A stretch of 64,000 nt of DNA from Eledone cirrhosa (GCA_964016885.1 OZ024746.1:23002001-23066000); one strand, 5' to 3'. Shown: positions 31,346 through 45,852, counted from the stretch's first letter. Notes: generated from the letters alone by a model not told the origin. Numbers and translations: made by a program.

Positions 31346-32512
31346 TAGAAATAATGAATTCTATTTTAAATTTAATCGAACGAGCCTTTTCACCTACAAT
31401 AATACGGTGAATCTTCCTGGGAATGACGTATTATATAAGGTGTATGTATGTTTGTATCCGTAACTCCTAATGGAATCGTAGGGGCACCGTAGTTACATAC
31501 GGCGTTTCTTGGGTATTTCAAACCAGACGGAGCTCATCTCCCCTCCATGTCCGAACACAACAGATCTCTTCTTCTTCAGAGAGTGTGAGAGGGAGATGGG
31601 AGAGAGGAGAGAGAGTGGGAGGATAATCGTTTCCAGTACTGAACTGATATGCTTTTTATGGACCTCGAAAAGATGAATGCAAAATTGACTTCAGTAGAAT
31701 TTGAACTCAAAGCACGAAGAGTAGGAAGGAATATCGCCAATCATTCAACCCTATATTCTAAAGACTCTGCTAATTCAACGCCATATATACGGTATATACA
31801 CTATATATATAAACCTAATTGGACGTTCAATAGATCTAACGACCGAGGGCTCATCAACGAAACCAACGGATGACCCCTATCATAAATTCTTTGTAAATGT
31901 TATGCAACTATAAATATCAATATATGAGGTAGAAATGACAAAATAACGCAAGAAGTATTATCTTGTGCTAAACATCTTAACTATATTCACAAATGTAGCA
32001 ATCATACGTTCTAGGTATGTTCTAGACTGTGGATGGCATATATAGCGTTGCTATAGCAACATTCCACCGTAAACAGAATCATGGGGGGTAGTTATTTTCT
32101 TATAAGATGAGAAGAATAGTTGAAAGACTAAGAATAAGATCTATTTTTCTGAATACGAAAGATCCTCATGAAAAACCACCAATGCTATATCTATATTAAA
32201 TTTCCGCAAAACCTATTATAATTAATTTAAAATTCCGGAGTTAGTCCCACTGTCTGCCGTGAATTAATCAAGAAGATAAGGGTATGTTCTCCGCGTTACA
32301 GGTGTAATTCTAATTAATTAAAATTCCTTCCTTCACTACAGTATGTTTGTTAACACCAACTTCACTATATCTTTTGATCTGCTGCACTAAGTAATTACTT
32401 CAAGAAGTTTGGCGACTTTAAATGTATATTTATTTACTCTGGTTGTTGATGTTTTCAAAATAAATAATTACACCCTCAAGTTAAATATATTTGAAACCTT
32501 TGCTATTGATGA

Positions 32513-32950
32513 CTAATTCTTGCCTACACTTAAGAATATAATTAGCAATAAATTATGTTAACATAATTCACGCCTACTCTAAGTATAATTCAAGCGTACA
32601 CTAAACATAATTCACGCCTACTCTAAGTATAATTCAAGCCTACACTAAACATAATCCACGCCTACTCTAAGCATAATTCACTCCTGCACATAGAATAATT
32701 CACATTTACTCTTAGCACAATTCACACCTACATTTAGAATCCATTCACGCCTAATCCAAATCTAATTCCCGCCTACTCTAAGCATAACTCCCGCCTACAC
32801 TAAGCATAATTCACTCTTACGTTTAGAATAATTCACACCGTATCCAAGCCTAATTTTTGCCTACTCTAAGCATAATTCATTCCCACCATAAATATAATTC
32901 ACGCCTACTCTAAACATAATTCACGCCTACTCCAAACACAATTCAACCTA
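32513..32950. repeat. ~22-bp minisatellite (CATAATTCACGCCTACTCTAAG)
   Basis: About 20 diverged tandem copies. Confidence 0.85.
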
Positions 32951-33251
32951 AAGAGAAAGCACGCCTCCCCTAAACATTATAATCTACTCCAACACTTGTA
33001 CGTAACTTATTAAACATCGGTGGAAAAACCTTTATTCTGCAAAGATATTCTGCCGCGCATAGTGTCACACTGATTCAGCTTAGGAATTATGTTACAGATA
33101 CACGTGTTTGTGGAATACTCAACCACTCATACGTTAATTCATGACTTTGACGTTTTAGTTCACTAAACAAATTAATGTAGATCGTTGAAAACAACGAAGG
33201 ACCGATCATCCATTATTTTGCATATATGTGTGTGTATACATATATGTATGA

Positions 33252-33324
<73 letters not shown>

Positions 33325-33656
33325 ATAAAGTAAGGTTCTATACAAAACAGTGGTTATAGAGGAAAGGTGAGATTGGAAATAGCACGGAAAATATATTTAA
33401 GGGTCTGCTTTTCCTGTTTTTCCTTTCTTTGATTCGTCAGTGACATTATTGAAAAAATGAGAGGGACAATTCTTTTAAAAACAGTTTTATAATGTATATA
33501 AAGTATATAAAGTATTACCGGTTTCGATGTATTAGTAAAAAAATTCATCTTCTCAAATGTTGAGTATTACAATTAAAGAGAATTAATAAGAATTAAAAAC
33601 TAAAAATTAAAGATTTAAAATTAAGTGTTGAAGTAAGTTTTTTTCATCTTCTTTGT

Positions 33657-33921
33657 TGATGATAATGATAATGATAACGAAATTATTGTGTACAGTGCTC
33701 AGGTGCACTACAACTCATCAAAGGTGCATGTATAGAACATAGAATAAAGTACAAATGTCAGGAAAGTGAACATGATATATGGAGGGGGGATGTCAGGTGT
33801 AGTGTTGGCGAATTTCAGGAAGCATGGAGGTTTTAAAGGATGCAGCTAATAATTGATGCAGATCGTTTGTTCCATGCTTCAGTAACTCTGAGTGTGAAAT
33901 AATGTTTCCGAAAGTCATGGG
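33657..33921 (-). mobile_element. CR1-like LINE 3' end
   Basis: Minus translation SHDFRKHYFTLRVTEAWNK (R..FF..RV...WN motif), followed by a UTR and a (TTATCA)n tail. Confidence 0.65.
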
Positions 33922-34291
33922 ATCCATTTAATCGACTGTCCCCTTTATCAAAAATTGTTGGCCTTGTGCTTGAATCAGAAACCATTATGATTGCTTAGCA
34001 GAATTCATACCCGCCCGGGGTTGCTGGATCCACACTAAATTATAGCTTCAAGATAAATAAGATTATTTCAGGAATGGTGAAAGTATGGCGGAAGAAAACA
34101 TTTCTGTATATTTTCATCTGATACTAAATGTTAATCCTACTGTAATTAAGTGACATTTATTCTCCAAAATAGGAAGGTCGTACACCAGAAGACATTAATA
34201 ATTGAATGTAAACAACTTCAGTATGGAGCCAACAATAAACATGATGGATTTCCTTTTCAGAGAGTAACCTTCCCAATATGTGTGATGTATT

Positions 34292-34330
<39 letters not shown>

Positions 34331-34493
34331 ACACCTACACATACATACACACACACACATATTTATATATATATGCATATACATATATACGTATATACAC
34401 ATACACACACACACACATATATATATATACAAAATACACACACAACATATGTATATACACGCACACACACATACATAAACACACACACATACG

Positions 34494-34562
<69 letters not shown>

Positions 34563-35224
34563 TATGGGAGTAAGAAATAGATTTTACTCATTTACTAGTT
34601 GTGCTTTAGCTCAATGCTATGATAACTGAATCAAGCAGAGGCAATGTATAATTGTAATGTAGTTACTAACCAATTTTAAAAGTTTAAGACATTTAATTAC
34701 TGACAATTCTTTCTTCCTATAAGAATCCACATATAACAGCAAATTATTTTATTTAACAATCTGCAGTTTGTCAGTACAAACTATAGGAATATTCAGAGTT
34801 TCTAAATCCATAAACAATCAATAAAATATATCTTGACAAATCACTAAGCAAAATTCAAAAAAAGAGGCATTTAAAGATAATGGGTGCTATGTAATGAGTT
34901 TAGTTGGTTTACAGCATACTATATCAGTATATCTAGATGTTACAATGACTAAACATTAAAGTGAAATAATTTTGAGGAACAACAGCAACTTTTCAAATGT
35001 GAATTTAAAGATATACAACTTAATCCATGCAATAATCCTGCTGGGAAGAAGCTCCATCCGTGTAATCAGGATCCAAGGATATTTCAACTATCCGTCAATT
35101 TCTAACACATAATCTTGCCATCCAGTTGTTATTTCACAATGATATCCAGTAGATAACTGACGAGTGCGTAATCTCCGAGCGTCCGCCTGATCCGTTCGTC
35201 CCTTGTGATATTTTTGGCCTTTAT

Positions 35225-35399
35225 TGGCAGTATCGGTAGAGGGTCGGACGCCATGCTTTCCAGCATAGTTACGTCCCTTTACGATCTGAGTTCAAATCCC
35301 GCCGAGGTTGACTTTGCCTTTCATCCTTACGGGGTCGATAAAATAAAGTACCAGTAATGCACTAGGTAATTGCTGGCCTTGTGCCTAAAGTAGAAACAA

Positions 35400-35400
<1 letters not shown>
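35225..35400 (+). mobile_element. Family S SINE
   Basis: TGGCAGTATCGGTAGAG...GTTCAAATCCC...AAAGTAGAAACAA. Confidence 0.9.
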
Positions 35401-35458
<58 letters not shown>

Positions 35459-35485
35459 TATATATATATATATATTATATGTATA

Positions 35486-35585
35486 CAAGGTGTCTCAAAA
35501 AATGTATACACACTTTGATTGCCTCTACAGGCAATATTTATTAGAATGCTGTTAAAGAGTGTAAACATTTTTGGGAGACACCCTA
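35486..35585. mobile_element. Tc1/mariner-type MITE
   Basis: TA|CAAGGTGTCTCAAAAAATGT...ACATTTTTGGGAGACACCCTA|TA; partial second copy at 55431-55507. Confidence 0.7.
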
Positions 35586-35698
35586 TATATATATATATGC
35601 ATGTATGTATATGTGTGTGTATCCCGGGTTCAATCAATGGTAACCATAGTAAAGAAGGTACTCAATACATAGCAGAGTATAAATATTTAATATAGAAA

Positions 35699-35761
35699 TG
35701 GCTTCTACAGGACTAGAACTGTTTCATTCGAAGGAAACAGTTCTAGCCATGTAAAAGCCAT
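35699..35761. repeat. Short fold-back of a GAAACAGTTCTAGTC element (family F)
   Basis: GGCTTCTACAGGACTAGAACTGTTTC-attcgaag-GAAACAGTTCTAGC..AAGCC; linear relatives at ~46620-46665 and 55270-55318. Confidence 0.65.
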
Positions 35762-35940
35762 ATATATATATATATATATAATAATTGTTTCTACTTTTGG
35801 TACAAGACTAGCAATTATCCCAGTGCATTACTGGTTAATGAGAGGTAATCCCATTTGTTGACCACTGTATCACGTGATAGTGTTTCCCTCCGTCTTTTCG
35901 AGATTCTCTCGCACGATGCAGACCTGTCTGTAATTGTTCT

Positions 35941-36032
35941 TTCCCTTGAAAAGTTGACCTACCTCACAAAAATGTTACATCTCTATGATGTAGGATTTTT
36001 GCATAATAGCCACGAAACTGTACAGTCGGGAA
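35941..36032 (+). ncRNA. Divergent UUGANAA hammerhead homolog
   Basis: TTCCC-TTGAAAA-GTTGAC...GCCAC-GAAA-CTGTACAG-TC-GGGAA; stems I and III covary relative to the 23298 copy. Confidence 0.75.
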
Positions 36033-36102
36033 TTTGAAGAATAAAATAGGTATTTATTTATGTCTAATATTTCTTCTTACTTTTTAATATATTATATATG
36101 TA

Positions 36103-36157
<55 letters not shown>

Positions 36158-36309
36158 GACTATTTTGAAAATTTGGACTGTGAACAACAATTATAATTGA
36201 GTGGCTGCTATTTGCAGTATAGCAATATAAGGTTGCACTTACCAATGAAACGGTCGTAAATACCTGGATAAAATCCTTCTCTTAATGCTTACCTGTGTTT
36301 TCTCTTTTA

Positions 36310-36373
<64 letters not shown>

Positions 36374-36619
36374 GGTGGCGAATTGTCAGAGTGATTAGAA
36401 CGTCGAATCGAATGCCTTGTGGTATTCGTTTCAGCTTGTCTTTCACCCATTCGAGGTCGATAAAAAAGTGCCAATCTAGTATTGGGGGGGTCGATTCCTC
36501 CTCTACATCTCTTTCACACTTCCATTCCCTTACTCCCCTATCCTTTTCCCGAAGAAATCTGCTGTATTCAGACACTCAATACATGTGTCCAGAGTAAAGA
36601 TTTGTTTACACACGTCTAC

Positions 36620-36680
<61 letters not shown>

Positions 36681-36683
36681 TGT

Positions 36684-36789
<106 letters not shown>

Positions 36790-36917
36790 GGTGGGGTATA
36801 TGGATTTTTTTGTTTAGATCTTAGTTCAAGAATTAGGATAGTTGCAGACGACTGACAAAGTATAATTAATCATACAAAGACACTGTAGAGAAAACATGAA
36901 GCTGTTGTAATTGAAAC

Positions 36918-37310
36918 AAAGTAAGTTGTGGATGTTTGAATATAAGACTCTACCTAGTATGTTGTGGATGTTTGAATATAACGCCCTACCTAATATGTTG
37001 TGGATGTTTGAATATAAGGCCCTACCTAGTATGTTGTGGATGTTTGAATATAACGCCCTACCTAATATGTTGTGGATGTTTGAATATAAGGCCCTACCTA
37101 GTATGTTGTGGATGTTTGAATATAACGCCCTACCTAATATGTTGTGGATGTTTGAATATAACGCCCTACCTAATATGTTGTGGATGTTTGAATATAACGC
37201 CCTACCTAGTAAGTTGTAGATGTTTGAATATAAGACCCTACCCAGTATGTTGTGGATGTTTGAATATATGGCCCTACAGAATAAGTTGTGGATGTTTGAA
37301 TATATGGTAC
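36918..37310. repeat. 36-bp minisatellite
   Basis: ATGTTGTGGATGTTTGAATATAACGCCCTACCTAAT, ~11 copies; resumes at ~37660-37710. Confidence 0.9.
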
Positions 37311-38044
37311 TTGATATTAAAATGTGGGGAGGGAGCAGCGAATTGGCAGAGTTGTTAGGACGTCAGATAGAATGGTTTGCGGTATTCCTTCCGGTTCTCT
37401 GAGTGCAAATCCCATCGAGGTCAGTTATGCTCTTTGTCCTTTCAACCTTTCGAGATCGATAAAAAAATTACCAGTCGATTCTTCTTCTATATCTCATTGT
37501 TTAACTCTCTCTATCTATCTCTGGACGAAATCTGCTGTATTTAAACCTGGAGAGGAGAGGGCCCTCTCCAGATTTAAAAAGTACTCAAGAAACTCCGTAC
37601 GTCAATATGGCGCCCCTACGGTTCCATCAGAAGTTACGGGTTAAAAAGAAAGAAGAGAGCAAGTTGTAGGTGTTTGAATATAAGGTACTACATAGTAAGT
37701 TGTGGATGTTGCTGAACTTCTCTGTCACAGACAGAGTTGTGCTAAAGTTCAATAAAAAGGTTGTACACAGAAAAATAATGAATGGATAATGAGTCATTTT
37801 GGCGGTTTCTAAACCATTGACTCTGAGCTAAGGTTAACATCTCATACAATAGTGTATAGCGGCCTGTAAATATGAGGGAGGTGGGCTGTTAATGTTTTGA
37901 AGCTGAAATAACACAAAGTTTGTGTTTTTGTTTTGAATTTCTGGCACCGTTCCTAATTATTGAACTAAAATTCATTGACAAATAAACTGTGTCACATTTA
38001 TTTTATACACCACACACACACACATTATATATATATATATATTT

Positions 38045-38298
38045 GTTTTGTAAGGTTTTGATATGAAATCGTGTGTCGAAACAAATATTGTTATACTTGG
38101 GGAGGGTTATATTGTTATAATATTGCCAGAAAAAAATATTTTTAACTGCTGGTCAATCAATGATAAACATTGATTGCCAAATAAATTAACTATGGAGATA
38201 TAAAAGATACAGAAGCGAAAACCAACCCAAACCAAACAGTGAGTGTGTTCTGTTATTATTTCTGGCAATATCATAACAATATGACCCTCCCCAAGTAT

Positions 38299-38305
<7 letters not shown>
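38045..38305. mobile_element. Family D element with inverted end
   Basis: ATTGTTATACTTGGGGAGGG..TGCCAGAAA pairs with TTTCTGGCA..CCCTCCCCAAGTATAACAAT. Confidence 0.7.
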
Positions 38306-38339
<34 letters not shown>

Positions 38340-38340
<1 letters not shown>

Positions 38341-38519
38341 GAGGGTGGGTTGAAGGGTCCATAGGCTGACTACGAAGGAGTGAAGCTAATGATGTGAAAT
38401 CTTGTATCCATTAATTTCAACTCTTGTTTCTTTCCAGGGACTATGTTGAAAAATAAACCTCATTATGTTATTACATGAGAGTATCTTGGTCAGCCTACGA
38501 ACGTTTCAGCAAATGCTCG
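38340..38519. mobile_element. mariner-type MITE
   Basis: TA|CGAG..TGAA..TAGGCTGAC ... GTCAGCCTA..TTCA..CTCG|TA imperfect TIRs. Confidence 0.6.
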
Positions 38520-38603
38520 TATTCTACTCTATTCTATTATGTGTTCCAGCCGAGGGGCTTGGGCCTTGCTGGGGCACCGCGACCGATGCTATACTTTCTA
38601 TAG

Positions 38604-38689
<86 letters not shown>

Positions 38690-38749
38690 TGTGTATTTAT
38701 TTATATATAAAATGAATATGAATCAAAATGGATGCAATAAAAACCTGTT

Positions 38750-38898
38750 TGACCATTAACTCACCAGAGTACTCGATACTTGGGGGTAGTAGAGTGTGGT
38801 AATATGAAATAGTTGGGACTCCGACGGATAAGGTTTGTCGTTTCAACAGCTAGCTAGAAACGGCAAGAGCTCAGCCGTCGGGGTCCCGACTCCTTCAT
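38750..38898 (-). mobile_element. Family A fold-back copy (diverged)
   Basis: Reverse-complement tail plus GGGACTCCGACGG...CCGTCGGGGTCCC hairpin. Confidence 0.7.
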
Positions 38899-39059
38899 AT
38901 AAAATGAATACATATATTTGTTTTCCTCACCGGAATTTTAAAACATGTATCAATCAAATATTTGTATCTGATTCATTCTGAGGAGTTATTCTTGGTGTAA
39001 TGTAATATTCATTCTTGTTAGTCTAATGAAACCTTCGTAAATCCATTAAGTCCTATAAT

Positions 39060-39250
39060 AATTGTTTCTACTTTTGGCACAAGGCCACCAATTACCCAGT
39101 GCATTACTGGTACTTTATTTTATCGACCCCGTAAGGATGAAAGGCAAAGTTAACCTCGGCGGGATTTGAACTCAGAATGGCAAGGGCCGTAACTCTATGC
39201 GTCAAAGCATGGTGTTCGACCCTCTACCGATACTGCCAATTCACCGCTCT
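39060..39250 (-). mobile_element. Family S SINE
   Basis: Full consensus match. Confidence 0.9.
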
Positions 39251-39792
39251 TCCTATTAAGTCCTATAATAATAATCCTTGTGTTTATATGTATATATATA
39301 TATGTGTATGTGTATGTGTATGTGTGTGAGTGCCTGTAGTCGTCATCTATAAATCTATCTTTAAGCTACAAGAATGTCCATCATCTCATATATATATATC
39401 GTACGTTAACAGCTAAAGTTTTACTCTTCACAACATTAAGAGTTATTGCAATATAACATAACATGACCAACATCACTATAGACTGCAGTAAAATGACGAC
39501 ATATGTCTTCGTATTTACACAGCGACCAATACACATTCACTCTGATGCTATATTACTTTACACAGAAATGTCTAACTACATTTACTAAGTATCTTGACAG
39601 TATTGTATATGTTTCATTGGAAATTACTACGAAAATTGACAGCGAATGACACCAGCTATACAATAGATGAGTATTCAGAGTCGTCGCAATGAATATTGTA
39701 TTGTGTTTCGACTTGACGCAGTGGTTAGGTTAAACAGTTTGCTTCGTAACCTACGTGGTTTGGGATTCTGTTTAGATACACAGGAGTCTGAC

Positions 39793-40088
<296 letters not shown>

Positions 40089-40452
40089 TATATATATATA
40101 TATATATATATATGCGAGAAAAACCCAAAACCCTTCACCTCAATTCTACTTTTGAAAAGCATAAGGACTGTGAAACCGAAAAAGAAAACAAATAAATTTC
40201 TTAAAAAGACTCCAGTTGGATATTTTGATTTCTTTTCCTTATATATATATATAATAGTAATAAACGATATATATATATATTTATATATAATGTATATATA
40301 TATATACATATGGGGTGGGGGTCTCGAAAACTTAGCAGCTCGACAACTAGGGATTGTTAAAATAAGTACCGAACTTCAAAAGTATATATGTTAAGTTCAA
40401 TATGTTTGAGTAAATCAGTAATACACACGCAAATACATACACACCTTAACTA

Positions 40453-40506
<54 letters not shown>

Positions 40507-40617
40507 ACCTATGCCACGCTACCCCCTTTTATTTTTATTATCATTGTATTGTATTTTTTACTTTGTAACTTCCCTCCTTACTCCCTCTCTGAGTTCCTGT
40601 TCACCCCCTCTCCTGAC

Positions 40618-40653
40618 TTTCCTGAAGAAGGACTTATGTCCAAAACGTTGAAA
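40618..40653 (+). ncRNA. Minimal type I hammerhead motif (G12A decayed)
   Basis: TTTC-CTGAAGA-AGGAC-TTAT-GTCC-AAAA-CG-TT-GAAA. Confidence 0.65.
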
Positions 40654-41297
40654 CCTCCTCCACTTCCACCAAGCGTGAACCTAATAAAACTGTGCAATTG
40701 CCTCCTGTGTTTTGTTCGTTCATTTTCAACTATATATATATATATGTGTGTGTCTATGTGTGTGTTTAGAGATAGATAGATAGATAAATGTGTGCATGTA
40801 TGTATATATATGTGTGCGTGTGCATACATATGCATATATATATGTGAGAAATCCACAATTATTATCAATTTTCTTCCATACAATATTTTATGACAAAACA
40901 CAAACTTACATCAGTCCCTCGATATATATACGAACCACAATAACCAAAGAATCACAAACAGACACAAATACACAACAGTGTCATACATTTTCATATATAA
41001 CCCAAATATTGGCATTTGTATTTTTCTTATATTTATCACACTCACAGAGGAGCAAGACTACAAAATAATTGTTTCTACTTTTGGCACAAGGCCAGCAATA
41101 ACCCAGTACATTACTGGTACTTTATTTTATCGACCCCGTAAGGATGAAAGGCAAAGTTAACCTCGGCGGGATTTGAACTCAGGCTACAAAATAATATCGT
41201 AAAAGTATGGCTCTGTAGGTTTACACGTGTGTGTGTGTATAAAGAGAGATTTTGTTTGTGTATACATATATATATATATATATATACACACATACAG

Positions 41298-41433
<136 letters not shown>

Positions 41434-41735
41434 GGAGAAAGAGATTTACGATGATATCAACACACCCCCTCCCAGTACTTATTTTCCCAAATCTGATATG
41501 TATTTTATCGATCTATTTTGTGTCGACATAAACAGATGGGACATAAACACAGATAGAGGCGCGCACGCACACTAACATACACACACACATATATATATGA
41601 TGCCCCCCTCACCTACACAGGTCCCGGCTACCAAAGCATTGGTCAACCTAGGACTATAGTAGAAAACAATAGTCCAGGATGAATAGTCCATGATGCCGCA
41701 CTGCAGAATAGAACCCAGAACTATGTGCTAAATAT

Positions 41736-42388
41736 CGGTTTCTGATTTAGGCACAAGGGTAACAAGCTGGGGGAAGGAGAAAGTCGATTAAATTGACCCC
41801 AGTGTATTACTGGTACTTTATTTTATCGACCTCGTAAGGGAGAAAGGAAAAACTAACTTCGGCGGGATTTTAACTCATAACCTAAAGCGCCATAACTTAA
41901 AGTGCCGCAACTCTATGCCACAAAGCATGTTGCCGCACGCTCTACCAATTACTGCCAATCCACCACTCTTACATTTCGATTATAATTAATTGTTTCTACT
42001 TTAGGCACAAGGCCAGCAATTGCCCAGTGCATTACTGGTACTTTATTTTATCAACCCCGTAAGGATGAAAGGCAAAGTCAACCTCGGCGGGATTTGAACT
42101 CAGATCGTAAAGGGACGTAACTATGCTGGAAAGCATGGCGTCCGACTCTCTACCGATACTGCCAATAATGATTTTTGGTTCAGGCACCAGGCCAACAATT
42201 TTGGCGGGAGGGGAAAGTCGATTAAATTGACCCAGTTCATTACTGGTGCTTTATTTTATCGACTCCGTAAGGATGAAAGGCAAAGCTGACCTCAGCGGGA
42301 TTTGAACTCATAACGTAAAGCGCCATAACTCTATGTCACAAAGCATGTTGCCGGACGCGTTACCAACTTTGCTAATTCACAGCCCTTA
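41736..42388 (-). mobile_element. Three tandem family S SINEs
   Basis: Three head-to-tail bodies, each with TACTGGT(A/G)CTTTATTTTATC. Confidence 0.85.
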
Positions 42389-42642
42389 GATTTCAATCAA
42401 TAGGATTAGAGTGCATATGATGTAAGGAAGGAGTCACCTATAAAGCAACAATCTGGTTTATGTAGGAGTTGAGAAAGATTTAGAAAAGCACATGATTCCT
42501 CTACGCTTTCGTCTTTAGTTATTACAACCAATCCTGCCTTAGATGTCATACAGGTAGCAGATTTCAAAAGAACTCATTTTTAATGAGCATGCTAAGTTGC
42601 AAGCTTCAAATATATACAATCTGAAGTATGTATGTATGTACA

Positions 42643-42771
<129 letters not shown>

Positions 42772-43546
42772 CTGAATTGCAGTATGTGGGCATGAGTACG
42801 ATTGTGAATGTACGTGGCAGTCTGCGTGTATGTATGTATGTATGTATGCGTGAATAACAGTATGTGGCTGCCTGTGTGTAGGTGAGTATATATATATATA
42901 TGTGATGTGAGTATGTATGTATTAATATGAGTATGCGTGCGTGCATTTGAGTATGTGAATACGTATACACGCATATGTGAATATGTATACACGCATGTAT
43001 GTATGTATGTATGTTTGTGAGTATGTACGCGTTCCTGTACGTATGTATGTGGGGTTTATTTATGAGTTATTTTTATAAAGAAGAGATTGGTTTCTACCTA
43101 AAAATCAAAGCCGCAACATTGAAGAATAAACCCTTAATTACATTTTGTTTAATGTTTTTCTTCGTTTTAATAGTCTCACCTACACATTATTTTGGTAAAG
43201 GACATGTAAGGGATCTCCGTCAGTTCCAACGATGAGTGTTCCACCTGTTCGATCAACAGGACAGACTGTTCTTCCAATTAACGTTCAAGTCTGAACCTTC
43301 CACACTCACATGTACCATTATCATAGTTCTCAATTAGATTCAACCATGACACTGTATATCGTGGCTGGACCTTTGAAATACTGGTACGAAACGTCGTATA
43401 TTTCCAGCTGAGTGGATTGGAACAACGGGAAATAAAGTCTCTTGCTCAAGGACACAGCGTGCCATCGGGAATCGAACTCACGAATACAAGACCTTATAAT
43501 TGTGAGCCTAAAACCTTAAGCATGTGGTTCTCATATATCATTATAT

Positions 43547-43725
43547 TGGCAGTATCGGTAGAGGGTCTGACGCCATGCTTTGCAGCAAAGAGTTATGGCC
43601 CTTTATGATCTGAGTTCAAATCCCTTCGAGGTTAACTTTGCCTTTCATCCATATGAGGTCGATAAAATAAAGCACCAGTAATGTACTGGGATAATTGCTG
43701 GCCTTGTTCCAAAAGTAGAAACAAT
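43547..43725 (+). mobile_element. Family S SINE
   Basis: A/B boxes and body; abuts a minus-strand CORE-like SINE (~43215-43520). Confidence 0.85.
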
Positions 43726-44044
43726 TGTTACCCACGACGCACTTTAGAAGCAGTAAAAAATATTCAAAAATGTATTCCAAATTTATTTAGCATAGCATAA
43801 AGTAGAAATATAGAGAATTAAAAATACAGAAACATTATTTATACTTTTTCTTTAGGAAGCAAAGATGTAAATGAAAAACATGTGTTTTGTGGAGTTTTAG
43901 CTATGTTTTCGTTCTTAGTTTAGTTGTTTCCAACCTTAACAGTTATATATGAACTTCATTAGGAATTTTATTTCAATTTGTACTTTTCACATTTTGAAAT
44001 GGCATCTTGCACTTTCGCGGCGCATCTTATTACATCACATGGTA

Positions 44045-44420
44045 GACGTAATTACATCTGATGGCACATCTAATTATATATGGCGATACACCTAATCACA
44101 TCTGGCCGCACATCTAAATTAAATCTGGCGATACACCTAAGTTACATCTGGCGGTGCACCTAAATTACATCTGGCGACACACCTAATTTCATACGATGAC
44201 ATACTTCATTACATCTGGCGGTACACCTAATTTCATCTGGTGACACACCTAATTACATCTGGCGACACACTTAATTTCATCCGATAATATACTTCATTAC
44301 ATCTGGCGGCTCACCTAATTACATTCAGCTGCACATCTAATTACATCTGGCGGCACACCTAATCACGCTCAGCAGCACACCTAATTACACCTATCTGGCG
44401 ACATATCTAATTTCATCTAA
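44045..44420. repeat. ~22-bp minisatellite (CACCTAATTACATCTGGCGACA)
   Basis: About 17 diverged tandem copies. Confidence 0.85.
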
Positions 44421-44939
44421 TCAGGCACAATTTAAGAACTATTTCCCAAACCACAGTGCCACTCCTACTCTTCACTGTTTCACCAAAGAACGTTATTGGC
44501 AGATCTGTTTCGTTGCTTCAATACGTTAGCGTTCCGAAATTATTTCTTCGAAAAGTAATAACATAAACAAGTGAAGCATTAATTATGGACAGAGATATAA
44601 AGATGTATAAACTTGCTAGAGAAGCTGTAAGTTAAAATGCAGCAGTTGATAATAAATATTCTATGAATGATCTTCATACCTGCAGGGCAGCTGAACTCTT
44701 AAAAGTACAATTTTTACACTATATATCTGTTAATATGTATGTATGAATGGAAGTATGCGTGTATATGTATAGATGCATGTGTGCGCGCACATGTGCATGT
44801 CCATACACATTCATCAACATAAACATATTATATATGTATATATATACATATATATATAATGTGCTCAAGCGCGGAGATGCTATTAAATAACATCTCCGCG
44901 CAGGAGCACATCATTCATCATTCTTTATATTAACTAATC

Positions 44940-45125
44940 GGCAGTGGATTGGCAGTATCGGTAGAGGGTCGGACGCCATGCTTTCTAGCATAGTTAGGGC
45001 CCTTGCCATTCTGAGTTCAAATCCCGCCGAGGTTAAATTTGGCTTTCATCCTTACGGAATCGATAAAATAAAGTACCAGTAATGCACTGGATAATTGCTC
45101 GCCTTGTGCCAAAAGTAGAAACAAT
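44940..45125 (+). mobile_element. Family S SINE
   Basis: Full consensus match. Confidence 0.9.
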
Positions 45126-45185
45126 TCTTTATATTAACTATATCTTCTCAGCGTTTTGTAAAAAGTCCGAGAGACCGGCTACGTG

Positions 45186-45237
<52 letters not shown>

Positions 45238-45396
45238 ATACAAAGAAATACACAGACACATGCGAATACATACATATACATGCATATATCCACATATATC
45301 CCTGAATTTGTGTGGTGCCAACCTTAACCGTTGTTGCTCTATGAATAATAGGGACAAAATAATCTGAATGGATTAGATTAATTCAATATCAGAGCT

Positions 45397-45774
45397 ATAT
45401 AATACATTATAAAGAAAGAAGAAACATTAGATATAAATAAAAATATATAATATACCTAAATTCCTTCATTATCCTCGACTACGTAGTTTCGTGGCTATTA
45501 TGCAAAAACATTACATCATAGAGATGCAGTATTTTTGTGAGGTTTGCCGACTTATCAAGAGGATACCTCATTTAGAGTTTCAAAACACGTCCGTAGGACG
45601 CGGGATAGAATCCCGAAAGGCCGAGGGGGAACTTATCACGTGATACAGCGGTCAAGAAACAGAGCTAAGAAACAGAGCTAGCCACGAAACTACGTAGTCG
45701 AGGATAATGAAGGAATTTAGGTATATTATATCTTTTTATTTATATCTAATGTTTCTTCTTTCTTTATAATGTAT

Positions 45775-45778
<4 letters not shown>
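45397..45778 (-). mobile_element. Monomeric relative of the 591-bp unit with ~100-bp inverted end
   Basis: 45397-45497 is inverted at 45679-45778; body homologous to 23225-23495. Confidence 0.85.
45470..45565 (-). ncRNA. UUGAUAA hammerhead with 7-bp stem I
   Basis: TATCCTC-TTGATAA-GTCGGC...GCCAC-GAAA-CTACGTAG-TC-GAGGATA. Confidence 0.8.

Positions 45779-45850
<72 letters not shown>

Positions 45851-45852
<2 letters not shown>

Noticed and set aside
36911-37358. Cys-rich repetitive protein (CCGCLNIRPYLV)n
   Set aside because: By-product of a 36-bp unit divisible by three; no splice or start context evidence.
44859-44910. Small GC-rich hairpin (GCGCGGAGATG/CATCTCCGCGC) as miRNA or terminator
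   Set aside because: Single copy next to (TA)n; indistinguishable from the local fold-back debris without expression data.
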